DNA of 64,000 bases from the NCBI GenBank assembly GCA_963797555.1, contig CAWCPV010000009.1:96001-160000 (forward strand), in the 5' to 3' direction. Shown in pieces: positions 9,224 to 20,199 of this stretch (positions within the stretch are counted from its first letter, which is position 1; each line of letters begins with the position of its first letter). The position numbers were made by a program, and so were the translations under genes. The stretch is from an uncultured Gammaproteobacteria bacterium (GTDB lineage Bacteria; Pseudomonadota; Gammaproteobacteria; CAWCPV01). The notes under the pieces are model-generated. The model was not told the origin of the DNA. It saw only the letters and a program-made list of their open reading frames with translations, and ran no database searches.

Positions 9224-10681
9224 ATGAGACACGAGGTCATCGACGGCCGTGCAGCACGGCTTCTGGTCATGGCGGTGGGCATCATCCTCCTGCCGCTGGC
9301 ACGAGCCGCGGAGCTGCCGGATTTCACCAAGCTGTTCGACGAGAACAGGGCCGCCGTGGTGAACATCAGCACTACCCGAAAGGTCGGCATCGGCGAGGAA
9401 CAAGGCGAGGAACAAGGGGAGATGCCCTCACTTCCCGACATCCCCAAAGACAGCCCGTTCTACAGGTTCTTCAAGCACTTCTTCGAGGAGCAGCCGTTCC
9501 AGCCTGGCCAGGGTGATCACCCGTTGCTGGTCTCCTCGCTCGGCTCGGGCTTCATCATCTCCGCCGACGGCGACATCCTCACCAATGCCCACGTGGTCAA
9601 GGGAGCGGACACCATCATCGTGGCGTTGAGCGACAGGCGCGAGCTGAAGGCCAAGGTGGTGGGCATGGACAAGCTCACGGACATCGCGCTCCTCAAGGTC
9701 GACGCGCAGAACCTGCCGACGGTCAAGATCGGCGACTCCAGCAGGCTAAGGGTCGGTCAATGGGTACTGGCTATCGGGTCGCCCTTCGGCTTCGATCACA
9801 GCGCCACCCAGGGCATCGTGAGTGCGCTGGGCCGCAGCCTGCCCAACGAGAGCTATGTACCCTTCATTCAGACGGATGCGGCCGTAAACCCCGGCAACTC
9901 CGGAGGACCGCTGATCAACATGGACGGCGAGGTCGTCGGGGTCAACTCCCAGATCTACAGCAAGACCGGCGGGTACATGGGTCTGTCCTTCGCCATCCCC
10001 ATCGACGTGGCGATGGATGTCGCGAAGCAACTGAAGACGACGGGCCGCGTTTCGCGCGGCTGGCTCGGGGTCACCATCCAGGACGTGAGTCAGGATCTCG
10101 CCAAGTCCTTCGGACTGGCGATGCCCAAGGGAGCCCTCGTGTCCAGCGTGATGCCCGACAGCCCGGCCAAGAAGGCGGGCCTAGAGGTGGGCGACGTGAT
10201 CGTGAGCTACGATGGGCACGCCGTCGAGAGATCGTCCGATCTGCCGCCCCTCGTCGGCTCCACGCCACTGGGGAAAACAGTCCCGCTCACGGTTGTGCGG
10301 GGCGGCAAGGAGAAGACCATAGAGGTGACCATCGCCCAGCTACCGGAGAAGGAGGCGCGGCTCGCCGCGGGTGAGACGCCGCAGGAGACGGGGCCTGCCT
10401 CCCGGCTCGATATGTCGGTCGCCGACCTCACACCACAAGCACTGCGCGAGGCCGGGGTGCCTCATGGCGTGAGGGTGCAGGAGGTGGGAGAGGGTGCCGC
10501 TGCTGTGGCTGGCATCCGTCCGGGCGACATCATCCTCGAGGTGGGCCAGACCCCCATCGAGAGCGTGGCGCAACTGCGCGAGGTCGTTGCGAAGCTCCCG
10601 ACCGCCAGGCACATCCCCGTGCTGGTGCGGCGCGGCGAGGGCGCGCTGTTCCTTCCATTGCTGATACCCGCGGGACACTGA
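9224..10681 (+). CDS. Periplasmic serine endoprotease Do/DegQ/MucD family (trypsin + 2 PDZ)
   Basis: LGSGFIIS, TNAHVV, DIALLK and QTDAAVNPGNSGGPL catalytic motifs; signal peptide; GGAGG RBS. Confidence 0.95.
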   Translation: MRHEVIDGRAARLLVMAVGIILLPLARAAELPDFTKLFDENRAAVVNISTTRKVGIGEEQGEEQGEMPSLPDIPKDSPFYRFFKHFFEEQPFQPGQGDHPLLVSSLGSGFIISADGDILTNAHVVKGADTIIVALSDRRELKAKVVGMDKLTDIALLKVDAQNLPTVKIGDSSRLRVGQWVLAIGSPFGFDHSATQGIVSALGRSLPNESYVPFIQTDAAVNPGNSGGPLINMDGEVVGVNSQIYSKTGGYMGLSFAIPIDVAMDVAKQLKTTGRVSRGWLGVTIQDVSQDLAKSFGLAMPKGALVSSVMPDSPAKKAGLEVGDVIVSYDGHAVERSSDLPPLVGSTPLGKTVPLTVVRGGKEKTIEVTIAQLPEKEARLAAGETPQETGPASRLDMSVADLTPQALREAGVPHGVRVQEVGEGAAAVAGIRPGDIILEVGQTPIESVAQLREVVAKLPTARHIPVLVRRGEGALFLPLLIPAGH

Positions 10682-10855
10682 CCGCGGCGCGAGAGGGGGA
10701 GGGCGATCCGCGGATCGTCCTCCCTTTGTTGTGTCAAGTCGCCCCCCACGACACCAGAGTGGCGCTGCCCTTCGGCTTGCTGCGACGACTGCGCTCGGGT
10801 GGCCCCGGTTGTTTATCCACCGAGCCGATCACTGGTAGTCTCAATGGTGGCGTGA

Positions 10856-10976
10856 GAACTTGCGATCAAAGCCGCTGCGCGTCCCGATAGCGGCGTTGCG
10901 CGGTGCTCGCTCCTGGTCTATCGACCTGGATAGCGCGTCGCTGCGCTCCGTGTGCGACGATTTCGTCACAAACGCT
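10856..10976 (+). repeat. MITE copy (short form)
   Basis: GCTGCGCGTCCCGATAGCGGCGTTGCGCGGTG is identical to the 51.9-kb copy; degenerate terminal repeats. Confidence 0.7.
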
Positions 10977-11029
10977 TAGGGGACGGTTCTTGCTCGGGTT
11001 TGGCCGAGAGGGTGAGGAGGGTGAAGGGG

Positions 11030-12310
11030 ATGAAGCAGGCAGGGCTTCCCGAAGTACTGGTGCTGGGCGGTGGCTTCGCGGGACTGGGGGCGGCGCAGGC
11101 GATACGCAAGCTTGCCGGCGATCGCGTCAGGCTAAGCTTGCTGGATCGCAGGTCCTATCTCATCTATGTTCCCAATGTTGCGCCGGAGGTGTTCTCGAAC
11201 AACAAGCCCATGCAAACCATGCGGATGCCGCTCCCGGCGGTGCTGGACGAGGATGCGGTCGACTTCATTCAAGCCGAGGTGACGGCCATCGATCTGGACG
11301 CGAAATGCGTATCCTGCCGTCCCACAGAACGTGGCGGGGCGGCGCAGGCCAGGATTGGCTACGACTTCCTGGTCGTGGCCCTGGGCGCAGACCTTGCGTA
11401 CGACCGCATTCCTGGCTTTGCGGAGCATGGACAGGCGGTCTCCGACACCTATTACGGCGAGAGGCTGCGCAAGTTCCTGAATGACGGCCGTTATCGTGGT
11501 GGACCCATCGCCGTCGGCTCGGCGCGCTTCCACCAGGGTAGCTTGGGCCGGCCGGCCTGGCTGCCCACGGCCGCGGCGGCCTGCGAAGAGCCGGTTATCG
11601 AGAGCGCGCTTTGTCTTGCAGGCTGGCTGGACGCCCAGGGAACGGGGCAGGCCGGTCGCGTGACGCTGTTCTCGCCGGGCGAGTCGGTAGCGCCTGATGC
11701 AGGGTCCGAAGCGAGCAAGGGATTGCTGGAGTATGCCGCCGAACGGGGGCTACGGTACCGGGTCGACGTAGGGGACGTCGCCCGCCTGAGCGAACAAGGC
11801 GTCGAGTTTACCGACGGCAGTAGTCTGGAAGCCGAGCTGACCATCCTGTTCCCGGACTGGGTCCCGCACGTTGCGCTGAGAGGTCTGCCGATCGGCGATG
11901 AGGCGGGCTTCGTCGTCACCGATGCGACGATGCGTAGCCCAAAATACTCCGAGGTGTTCGCCTGCGGGGACTGTGCAGCCCTGACGGTTCCGAAGCTCGC
12001 GGGCATCGGCCGCCAACAGGCGGAGGTCGTGGCGCGACAGATCGCCCGCGACGTGGGGGTGCCGGGCCTGCAGAAGGCGGAGATGGAGATGCGCCCGGCC
12101 GTCGTCTACCTCGGCGACATGGGTGGCGAGCAGGGCTTCTACATCCACTCCGACGTGTGGTTCGGGGGGACCAGTCAGATCTTGAGGATGGGTCGGATCC
12201 CGCACATCCTGAAGAGGTCATATAAGGACATGTTTTTTGCCAATGCAGGGAAAATACCGGGGTGGGGAGTGCCTTTCGGTGAATGGGCGGCAGAGCATCT
12301 GGGCACATGA
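11030..12310 (+). CDS. FAD-dependent oxidoreductase, sulfide:quinone oxidoreductase-like
   Basis: VLVLGGGFAG FAD motif, YDFLVVALG, AAACEEP, VFACGDCAALTVPKLA, GDMGG...FYIHSD. Confidence 0.8.
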   Translation: MKQAGLPEVLVLGGGFAGLGAAQAIRKLAGDRVRLSLLDRRSYLIYVPNVAPEVFSNNKPMQTMRMPLPAVLDEDAVDFIQAEVTAIDLDAKCVSCRPTERGGAAQARIGYDFLVVALGADLAYDRIPGFAEHGQAVSDTYYGERLRKFLNDGRYRGGPIAVGSARFHQGSLGRPAWLPTAAAACEEPVIESALCLAGWLDAQGTGQAGRVTLFSPGESVAPDAGSEASKGLLEYAAERGLRYRVDVGDVARLSEQGVEFTDGSSLEAELTILFPDWVPHVALRGLPIGDEAGFVVTDATMRSPKYSEVFACGDCAALTVPKLAGIGRQQAEVVARQIARDVGVPGLQKAEMEMRPAVVYLGDMGGEQGFYIHSDVWFGGTSQILRMGRIPHILKRSYKDMFFANAGKIPGWGVPFGEWAAEHLGT

Positions 12311-12702
12311 AGCGGTGGGCCCCGGGCGCGCCCATCGCGGGCTCCTCGGGCGGACTCGTCGCCGGGGATATGTATTGGCCATCGTGAGGAGGGGATCTAT
12401 GAACGTCTGGCGCTGGAGGATATTTAGCGGGCTGCCGACCTGTTCCGTCCGGTTTTCCAAGACACGGAGGGCAGGAGGCGCGGTATGCGGCGGTCGTGGA
12501 GTGAAGTGAAGCCGCACCGCGTCTCTGCGTGGACACCGACGCCTTCCACGTTGTGGGGGTTACGGGCGCCAGCGTGCAACGTCACGAACAGCGGGGGGCC
12601 GCGGGTGACGAGCCCTGCGTTGCTTGGTTGGGGACGGATCAGGCGGGCGCTGTGGCAAGATAGGACACAACCTATTCCGCAGAGGCAGAAGGAGAACGGT
12701 GA

Positions 12703-14243
12703 ATGAGCACCGAACAGCCATCGGCGTACGTGGCCTTCGCCCTGTTCGGAGCAGCCGGCGACCTGGCTTGGCGTCTAATCGGGCCGGCCCTCTTCAACCT
12801 CCACCTGGACCGGCGGCTGCCGAAGCGATTCGCGCTCATCGGCGTGGACCACAGGGACTACGACGACGAGGGCTTCAGACGGCGCCTGCGCGAGGGAGTC
12901 GATCGGTTCTCCCGCCGTGGTCCGGCCGAGAAGTCTGCCTGGGAGGCGTTCGCGGCACAGGTCCGGTATGCTCAGGCGGACTTCACGGATGCGGGTGCCT
13001 ATCAACACCTGAAAGAGTTGCTGAACACGCTGGAAGAGGGGTGGGAGGAGCCTGCGCATCGCGTGTTCTATCTGGCCACCCCACCGACCTTCTTCGGGGC
13101 GATCGCCCGCGGGCTGGGTTCTGCCGGGTTGTCCGGCGACGCCGGACGCAGCCGCGCCGTCGTGGAGAAACCCCTGGGCTACGACCTCGACTCGTTCCGC
13201 GAGATCAACCAGGCGCTGTTGGAGCACTTTCAGGAGCGCCAAGTGTTCCGCATCGACCATTTCCTGGGCAAAGAGACCGTGCAGAACATGCTGGCCTTCC
13301 GTTTCGCGAACCCACTCTTCGAGCCCATCTGGAATCGGCGCTACGTCGATCACGTGGCCATCACGGTGGCGGAAGACGTGGGGGTGGAGCACCGAGGCGG
13401 GTACTACGAACGTGCCGGCGCGCTTCGCGATATGGTGCAAAACCATTTGCTGCAGCTTCTTTGCCTGGTGGCCATGGAGCCGCCGGTGTCCTTCGAAGCG
13501 GACGAGGTTCGCAACAAGAAGGTCGACGTGCTGCATGCGATCCGCCCCATTTCTCCCAGCCAGGTGCACGATTTCACGGCCCGTGGGCAGTATGGGGTCG
13601 GCTGGATCAGAGGGCAGCAGGTGGCGGCCTACCGGGACGAGGAGGGGGTAGACCCGGATCTGCCACGGAGACGTTTGCAGCCCTCAAGCTTTTCGTCGAC
13701 AACTGGCGCTGGCAGGACGTGCCGTTCTACCTGCGCACCGGGAAGCGGATGATGGCCAAGGCGTCGGAACTCTCGATTCGGTTCCAGGACGTGCCGCATC
13801 AGGCTTTCCCGGCGGCCTCCAGGAGGGAGTGGCAGTCGGCGCGTCTGGTGGTCTGCATCCAGCCCGACGAGGGTATCGTGCTCAAGTTCCATGCCAAGGA
13901 GCCCGGCCCTTACATGCGGCTGCGTCCCGTGGATATGCGCTTCAGCTACCAGGACACGTTCAAGGCGGCCTCGCCCGACGCTTACGAAACCCTGATCTGG
14001 GACATCATGCGCGGCGACGCGACGCTCTTCATGCGCGCCGACCAAGTGGAAGCGGCTTGGTCCCTGTTGATGCCCGTACTCGATGTGTGGGGGGACAGCC
14101 CGCCGAGCGATTTTCCGAACTATGTGTCGGGCACCTGGGGGCCGGAAGCGGCGGAAGCGCTGATCGCCCGCGACGGGCATACTTGGATGCCGCCGACGCT
14201 GCTGAATACCCATGCCCCCGCGCTTGGCCGGAGCGGTCCGTAG
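12703..14243 (+). pseudogene. zwf: Glucose-6-phosphate 1-dehydrogenase, one -1 frameshift near 13660
   Basis: FGAAGDLA, RIDHFLGKETVQN and DMVQNHLLQ in frame 1; TETFAALKLFVDNWRWQDVPFYLRTGK and DAYETL in the next frame. Confidence 0.9.
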
Positions 14244-14327
14244 GAGGGTGTCGCGCCATCGCGAGGCGCCCGTGCGTGGCGGCGGCCGGGCCTCGGGGGA
14301 GCCAGGAAGGCAAAGAGTGAAGCCATC

Positions 14328-14964
14328 ATGGCAGTGGGTGGGGTCGCTGCGGATCACCTCGGCGCGGTGAGCCCCTACCTGGCCCACTACGGGGCCTGGG
14401 CGGTGTTCGCCGGGGTGCTGCTCGAGGACTTCGGCGTGCCCATGCCCGGTGAGGCCCTGTTGATCGCGGGCTCGGTACTGGCGGCACGCCATGGTCTGAA
14501 CATTGCCTGGCCGCTTGCGCTGGCTTGGGCCGGAGCGGTGGTCGGCGACAACATCGGCTATCTGATTGGAGTGACCGGTGGGCGCGCCCTGGTGCTGCGT
14601 TTCGGACGTTATCTATTCCTCGACCGGCAGCGCCTGGCCCGGGTAGAAAGCTTCTTCGCACGGCACGGCGGACAGGTCGTGGTTGGGGCCCGTTTCGTCG
14701 AGGGGCTGAGGCAGCTCGAACGGCGTCGTCGCGGGCATCAGCCGCATGCCCTGGCGGACCTTCCTCCCGTACAACGCGTTGGGTGCCCTCCTGTGGGTCG
14801 GAGTCTGGGGTGGCGGGGCGTACCTCCTGGGGCGGCGGCTGGATGTAGTGTTGGCAGGTTTCCACCGGGCGCAGCAGTCCTTCTGGGTGGGCGCTCTGGT
14901 GGGCGCCGGCGTGCTCTTTGCCGGCTACGTCGTGTGGAAGGTGGCCCGCGGGTCGAGCGAATGA
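14328..14964 (+). pseudogene. DedA family membrane protein, frameshift near 14717
   Basis: LLEDFGVPMPGEALLI, GDNIGYLIG, ARFVEGLRQL then frame change to MPWRTFLPYNALGALLW. Confidence 0.85.
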
Positions 14965-14989
14965 ACGGTGCACCGGCACCTCGCGAGGC

Positions 14990-15145
14990 CCCGGGAGTAC
15001 CCGGCCTTTCTCCGACGTGGACCAGTAGTACATAAGGACATGGTGGGCTGTGCCCTGGGCGCGGCGGATGTTGAGGAGGTGTTGCTCGACAGCGCAATGG
15101 TCCGTACCCACCGGCACGCGGCCGGGGCCCCAAAAAAAGACCGTG
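14990..15145 (+). pseudogene. IS5-family (IS427-like) transposase relic
   Basis: LLDSAMVRTHRHAAGAPKK with an A7 run resembles IDSTxVRAHQHAAGAxKK at the programmed frameshift of these elements. Confidence 0.5.
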
Positions 15146-15251
15146 ATTCCCCCGCGCTCCAGCCGCCACAACCCCCCGCGTGTGCGACAAGCCTCCCCTT
15201 GATTCCTACGCCTTCATCGCTTGGGCGAGCGCATGGCTCCGGCCGGCATGA

Positions 15252-16631
15252 ATGTCAACACGGCCTGATCGCGTTATCACGAATGTGGCTCGCACCATGA
15301 CCCACCGCCTGACCCGCATTGTTCGCAATCCCCGACTGCAGTTGCGTGTTTGGCTGCACCGCCTGCTGTTGTGGGGCGGAGCGGTGATGGTGGCGCTGGT
15401 TGCTATCCTGTTCGCCAGGACGAGTTCCGAAGGCAACCGGCTGTTCGCCGCAGCCATCGCCGCCTATCCCCTGCTGGCCTTCGTCATCACCCCGCTGAGC
15501 TTCGCCGGCGTTGTATGGCTGACGCGTCAGGCGTTCGCGGGCGCCGAGGGCAGCGGCATTCCCCAGACCATCGCCGCGCTGAAGATTCCCGAGTTGGCCC
15601 ACCGGCGCAGCGTGCTGTCGCTGCGGGTGGCGGCGGGTAAAATTCTGCTGACGACTGTGGCCCTCTGCGGCGGCGCGTCGGTCGGGCGCGAAGGCCCCAC
15701 GGTGCAAATCGGTGCGGCGATCATGCACTCGCTCGGCCGCTGGTTTCGCTTGCCCATCCAGGACATCGACCGGGTGCTGATCCTGGCCGGCGCCGCCGCC
15801 GGCATCTCGGCGGCCTTCAACACACCGCTGGCCGGCATCGTGTTCGCTATCGAGGAACTGTCCCGGTCGTTCGAACAGCGGACCAGCGGCACCGTGCTCT
15901 TCGCGGTGATCGTTGCCGGCATCACCTCCATGGCGGTGCTCGGTGACTATAGCTATTTCGGCCGCACCGACGCGATTCTGCCGTTGCCGGAGGCCTGGCA
16001 GCCGGTGCTGGCGTGTGGCGTCGTCGGCGGCCTGCTGGGCGGGTTGTTCGCCCGTGTCCTGCTGGTATTCGCCCACGGACTCCCCAGCCGGCCGGGTGCG
16101 CTGATCAGGGCACATCCCGTCCTTTTCGCCGCGCTGTGCGGCTTTGGCATGGCCTTGCTCGGGCTGGTTTCCCATCACACCATCTATGGCACCGGCTACG
16201 AGCAAGCCAAGGGGCTGATCGAGGGAACCCACGGCCTGCCCGCCACCTTCGGGCTGATGAAGCTGGCGGCAACCGTGCTGTCCTACATCAGCGGCCTCCC
16301 CGGCGGCATCTTCGCGCCGTCGCTGGCGATCGGGGCCGGGCTGGGGTCCAATCTGGCCCCTTGGCTGCCCGGCCCGCCAATCGGGGCCTGGGCCATCCTG
16401 GGCATGGTGAGCTATTTCACCGGCGTGGTGCAGGCCCCGATCACCGCGGTGGTCATCGTCATGGAGATGACTGACAGCCAGACTCTGACTTTGCCCCTGA
16501 TGGCCGCGGCGTTGATTGCGTTCGCGGTGTCGCGAGTGGTCTGCCCACAGCCGATTTACCGCGCCATGGCGCGGAGTTTCCTGGAAGAGGTCGTTCGCCG
16601 CGAACCCCGCCCCACGTCGGAGGCCCCGTGA
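15252..16631 (+). CDS. ClC-family chloride channel / H+/Cl- antiporter
   Basis: GSGIP, GREGP and GIFAP signature motifs; AAFNTPLAG. Confidence 0.93.
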   Translation: MSTRPDRVITNVARTMTHRLTRIVRNPRLQLRVWLHRLLLWGGAVMVALVAILFARTSSEGNRLFAAAIAAYPLLAFVITPLSFAGVVWLTRQAFAGAEGSGIPQTIAALKIPELAHRRSVLSLRVAAGKILLTTVALCGGASVGREGPTVQIGAAIMHSLGRWFRLPIQDIDRVLILAGAAAGISAAFNTPLAGIVFAIEELSRSFEQRTSGTVLFAVIVAGITSMAVLGDYSYFGRTDAILPLPEAWQPVLACGVVGGLLGGLFARVLLVFAHGLPSRPGALIRAHPVLFAALCGFGMALLGLVSHHTIYGTGYEQAKGLIEGTHGLPATFGLMKLAATVLSYISGLPGGIFAPSLAIGAGLGSNLAPWLPGPPIGAWAILGMVSYFTGVVQAPITAVVIVMEMTDSQTLTLPLMAAALIAFAVSRVVCPQPIYRAMARSFLEEVVRREPRPTSEAP

Positions 16632-16689
16632 GGGCTGTGCCGTGCAAGCGGCGGCCACGCTCCCTTGTCCTCCGACCCCGAGGGCTCCG

Positions 16690-16950
16690 TTTGCTGTGGC
16701 GTTGTCGATGAGGTTGATCATCCGCCACAACGCGTTGGCCGCCGGGTCGGATCCTGCTCCGCAGTCACCCGTCGGCGGAATCTCCGCTCTGCGGATCGAA
16801 GCAGCCGAAACTCAGCCCGTCCGCGGCCCGGAGCTTCGCGCCGTTGTCTTCGATGAGGACCGGCCGCTGCGTGCCCTCCATGCACCGACTCTCTTCCGTC
16901 CGGCAGTCGCGCCGGTCGGGTCGGTGCGACACCTGGTTTCCCACGATGCA
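16690..16950 (-). pseudogene. Degenerate fragment of a right-handed beta-helix protein (paralog of 18647-19590)
   Basis: DNA similar to 19431-19575; encodes PVLIEDNGAKLRAADGLSFGCFDPQ and MINLIDN. Confidence 0.55.
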
Positions 16951-16979
16951 GGTGCGCGGCAGGACCTCCACTCGGCCGC

Positions 16980-17143
16980 CTCCCGCTGCCGAATTAGCCC
17001 GCGTCGTCGAACCGCAGTGCCCAGACCGCGTCAGGTGGTCGGGCAGGACCACGATGGCATCGATATCGAGAGCTGCGGTCGGCGAGCGTCACCCTGAAGA
17101 AACACGTGCCACCGGGCGCCTGATTCGGCGGCACAGCACCATT
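16980..17143 (-). pseudogene. REP-associated tyrosine transposase (RAYT) relic, internally deleted
   Basis: Across frameshifts reads MVLCRR..PGGTCFFRVTLADR and IDAIVVLPDHL (HUH-like), typical of the RAYT N-terminus. Confidence 0.6.
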
Positions 17144-17172
17144 CGTGGCGACCTCCGAACGCAAGACCCACA

Positions 17173-17386
17173 TCGTAGCCTGGATGGAACGAAGTGGAAT
17201 CCGGGGATTGGGGACGAAATCAGGCCTCGTCATTCCCGGATGCCACGTCCTGCCTTCGCCGTATGTGCCCGCACCTCGCCGGATTCACTCCACTCCCCGC
17301 CCCATAGCCCAGAAGAAGCGCAGCGGATTCCGGGGCATTGTTTCCCCGGAGCCCCGGATTCCATTGGCATTCCATCCGGGCTACGC
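17173..17386. repeat. REP-like palindromic repeats
   Basis: CGTAGCCTGGATGGAACGAAGTGGAATCCGGGG (17173) and its inverse CCCCGGATTCCATTGGCATTCCATCCGGGCTACG (~17352-17385), with degenerate internal copies. Confidence 0.7.
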
Positions 17387-17464
17387 TTGCTACAGCCCGG
17401 TGCCGTAGTAGCGTACAGTGGACAAAGCGAGCTACCTCCGATCAGCCGTCGCCACTAAGAGCAG

Positions 17465-18646
17465 GTGCACATGTCGCAAACTCGAATGAACTGTCTGTCG
17501 ACTGACCTGTACCGCATGATCGACTCGCTCTATGAAACAGTGCTGACTCCCGATGCTTGGAAGGCGGCTCTGCGGCAGCTCACCGAACTATTCGACGGTC
17601 GCGCTGCCCACTTCATGCTGTGGGACCAGCCGACCAACGGCGCCTTGTTCTCTATGATGTGGGGCGATGCCACCGACCAGGCCATGCGGGACTATGCAAA
17701 GCACTACGGCGGGCTGGACTGTCGCCGCGAAGTGGTCGAGAGGCTTCCCGTCGGCCAATGGCTACTCTGCCACGAGCACTTCGACGAAAGGTTCGTGCGC
17801 CGCAACGAGTTCTATAACGATTTCCTGCTGCCCTACGAGGTCCGATATATGGCGGGCGCCCGATTGCTGGACGCGGGCGGCGTCCAGGGCCTTATCGGTG
17901 TCTTTCGGGCACCTGGCCAGTCGCCCTTCGCCGGGGAAGACATCGCAGTGCTGGAAGTCTTGCAGGGTCATCTCTGCCGGGCCGCGCGCTTGAACCACCA
18001 AGCCGCGCGCCTGGGACTCCAGGGGGCCGGCTGCGCCGCCGTCTTGGACAAGCTGGATGTGCCCATCCTCGTGGTGTCGGCGAGCGGCCGGGTCATGTTC
18101 GCGAACGGTGCGGCCGAGGCTCTGCTGGCGAAAGGGGAGACGTTGAAGGTGCGTGACGGGCGCCTGGTCGCCGCCCGTCACGCCGACACCCAGCGGCTGG
18201 ACGCGGTGATGGCCGAGACGCTCATGCACCGCCGCGCCGGTACGCTGCGGCTGCGGTCCTCGAGTTGCCCGGCGCCCCACGAAGTGGCGGTGCTCCCCCT
18301 GCCGGCGCACGAGCCTATCGCAGGCTTGTGGCAGGCGCCGCTGGCTCTGATTACCGTTTCCGCTCCCGGCCAGTCCCGCAGCTTATCCCCAGGTGCCCTC
18401 GGAGCGTGGTTCGGGCTGACCGCGGCGGAGTCCAGACTCGCGCAGGCATTGCTGGACGGCCACACACCCGCGGAGTTCTGCGTTCAAGCGAGAGTGTCCC
18501 TCGCCACGGTGCGCAGCCAGCTACGCTCGCTGTTCGCCAAGACCCAGACCCGCCGACAGGCGGAGCTGGTCCGGCTGTTGCGGCTGCTTCCTCCTCATCC
18601 TGCCGTACCACGGTCGCAGGCCGGGCGAGACCTCGTCGAACGGTAA
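17465..18646 (+). CDS. LuxR-type HTH transcriptional regulator with sensor/PAS region
   Basis: C-terminal FGLTAAESRLAQALLDG...SLATVRSQLRSLFAKTQTRRQAELVRLL; PAS-like VVSASGRVMFANGAAEALL. Confidence 0.88.
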   Translation: MHMSQTRMNCLSTDLYRMIDSLYETVLTPDAWKAALRQLTELFDGRAAHFMLWDQPTNGALFSMMWGDATDQAMRDYAKHYGGLDCRREVVERLPVGQWLLCHEHFDERFVRRNEFYNDFLLPYEVRYMAGARLLDAGGVQGLIGVFRAPGQSPFAGEDIAVLEVLQGHLCRAARLNHQAARLGLQGAGCAAVLDKLDVPILVVSASGRVMFANGAAEALLAKGETLKVRDGRLVAARHADTQRLDAVMAETLMHRRAGTLRLRSSSCPAPHEVAVLPLPAHEPIAGLWQAPLALITVSAPGQSRSLSPGALGAWFGLTAAESRLAQALLDGHTPAEFCVQARVSLATVRSQLRSLFAKTQTRRQAELVRLLRLLPPHPAVPRSQAGRDLVER

Positions 18647-19590
18647 TCACGGCAAACAGCCGATGTATCCCGAGACCGGATTGCCCCACTTGACGTAGGG
18701 ACCGCTGATGCACACGTTCTGGGTGGTGACGTTCTCGGCTGCGATATACCAGCCGGTGGTGGGCGGGGCGGTCAGGTCCTCCTCGAAATTGACGCTCTCC
18801 AGAGAATGCGCCGCGCAGCAGGCTCTGGAAGTCCCCGTCGATGCGGCTGTCGTCGCCGTGGACGACGGTGGTGTTGCGCACAATCTCGCGGGTCGAGCCT
18901 TCGTCCAACCACAGCGCCCGAGTTCCGTGGGCGACAATCTCGCTGTCCTCGATGAGGTTGTTCTCGCCGTCCAGCTCCAGCAGCGCGTTGGAGCGGAATA
19001 CGCCCGCCGACGCATAGGGCACGTCCTCGAACCGGCAGCCCACGAGCGGGTGGCGAGCGAAGGGTCCGACGACCCGTAGGCGTTCGGCACGCTGCCGTAG
19101 ATGCGGCTGTTCTCGAACAGCAGGCCGGGCCTGCGCGGGACGACTGACCACGTGGTAGTTCCCCAGAAGGTGCAGTTGCGGAACGTGCTGTAGCCGCCGT
19201 CGCCCGACTCGGAAACCACGCCCGGCCCGGCATTGTCCACCGCCTCGCAGTCCCGATGATGATCCCGTCGGCGCCGTGGTGCGGGCATAGACGTTTCGGA
19301 TGTCCACCCGGACGTTGCCGTAGGCCCGGATGCCGTCGGCCGCGACCTGGCGCCCCTCCGGGCAGGCGCCTCCCAGGAGGTAGCCGTCGAGGTTGCCGTC
19401 GAGCTCGAAGTTCCGGATCGTCACTTTCCTGTTGTCGATGAGGTTGATCATCCCCCAGTAGGCGTTGGCCGCGTGATCGGACTCGGCTCCGCAGTCATCC
19501 GTGTCGGCGGCCCCTCCCGTCTGCGGATCGAAGTAGCCGAACGCAGCCCATCGGCGGCCCGGAGCTTCGCGCCCGCGCCCTCGATGCGCA
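18647..19590 (-). pseudogene. Right-handed parallel beta-helix protein, multiply frameshifted and 5'-truncated
   Basis: Fragments VTIRNFELDGN, ADGIRAYGN, FRNCTFWGTTTWS, FENSRIYGS in different frames. Confidence 0.6.
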
Positions 19591-20199
19591 GGTACTAAAC
19601 GGCGTACGTCTCCGATTATTGGGATCTCTTATCAGTCTGCCGAGAGGGGCCTGCATCCGCCGGATCGCCCGGGTGCGGCTATTTCACGCGCATCAACTTC
19701 AACAGACCGAAATACTGTGGCCGGTTGTCGAAGCTCACACGCGGTAAAGACGATCCACCAGTGCTGGTAGCCGCACGTTCCGCACAGTTGGGGTGATAGT
19801 CGTGCCAGCCCTCCGCCTTGAGCGCATTGTGTCCGTTGGCATCGTTACACGGGGTGACCCCATGAGTGTGGTCGATCTGAAGCGTTACGTTACTGGCCCC
19901 ACCAACTTCACCCATACGGTCCGCACTGACACCCATGACGAACCGATCCACGAGATTCGGGGTACTGCGGCCTTTGAATGGGCCACTCGCGATAGGGCTT
20001 CCGTCACAGACCTGGAAGCCCTCCGGAATCGGAATCTCTTTGTTGGGGCGATACCAGTCGACTACCGTACCGACAGGTACCACTTCCGCCAGGCCTCGGT
20101 GCAACTGGTCGGCGAATTGATCGGTCCGCTTCTGATCATCATCGGCGTTCCGCGCTAAACTATTCGATAGCCGTTGCACCTGCTCTTGCAGGGCACTTA

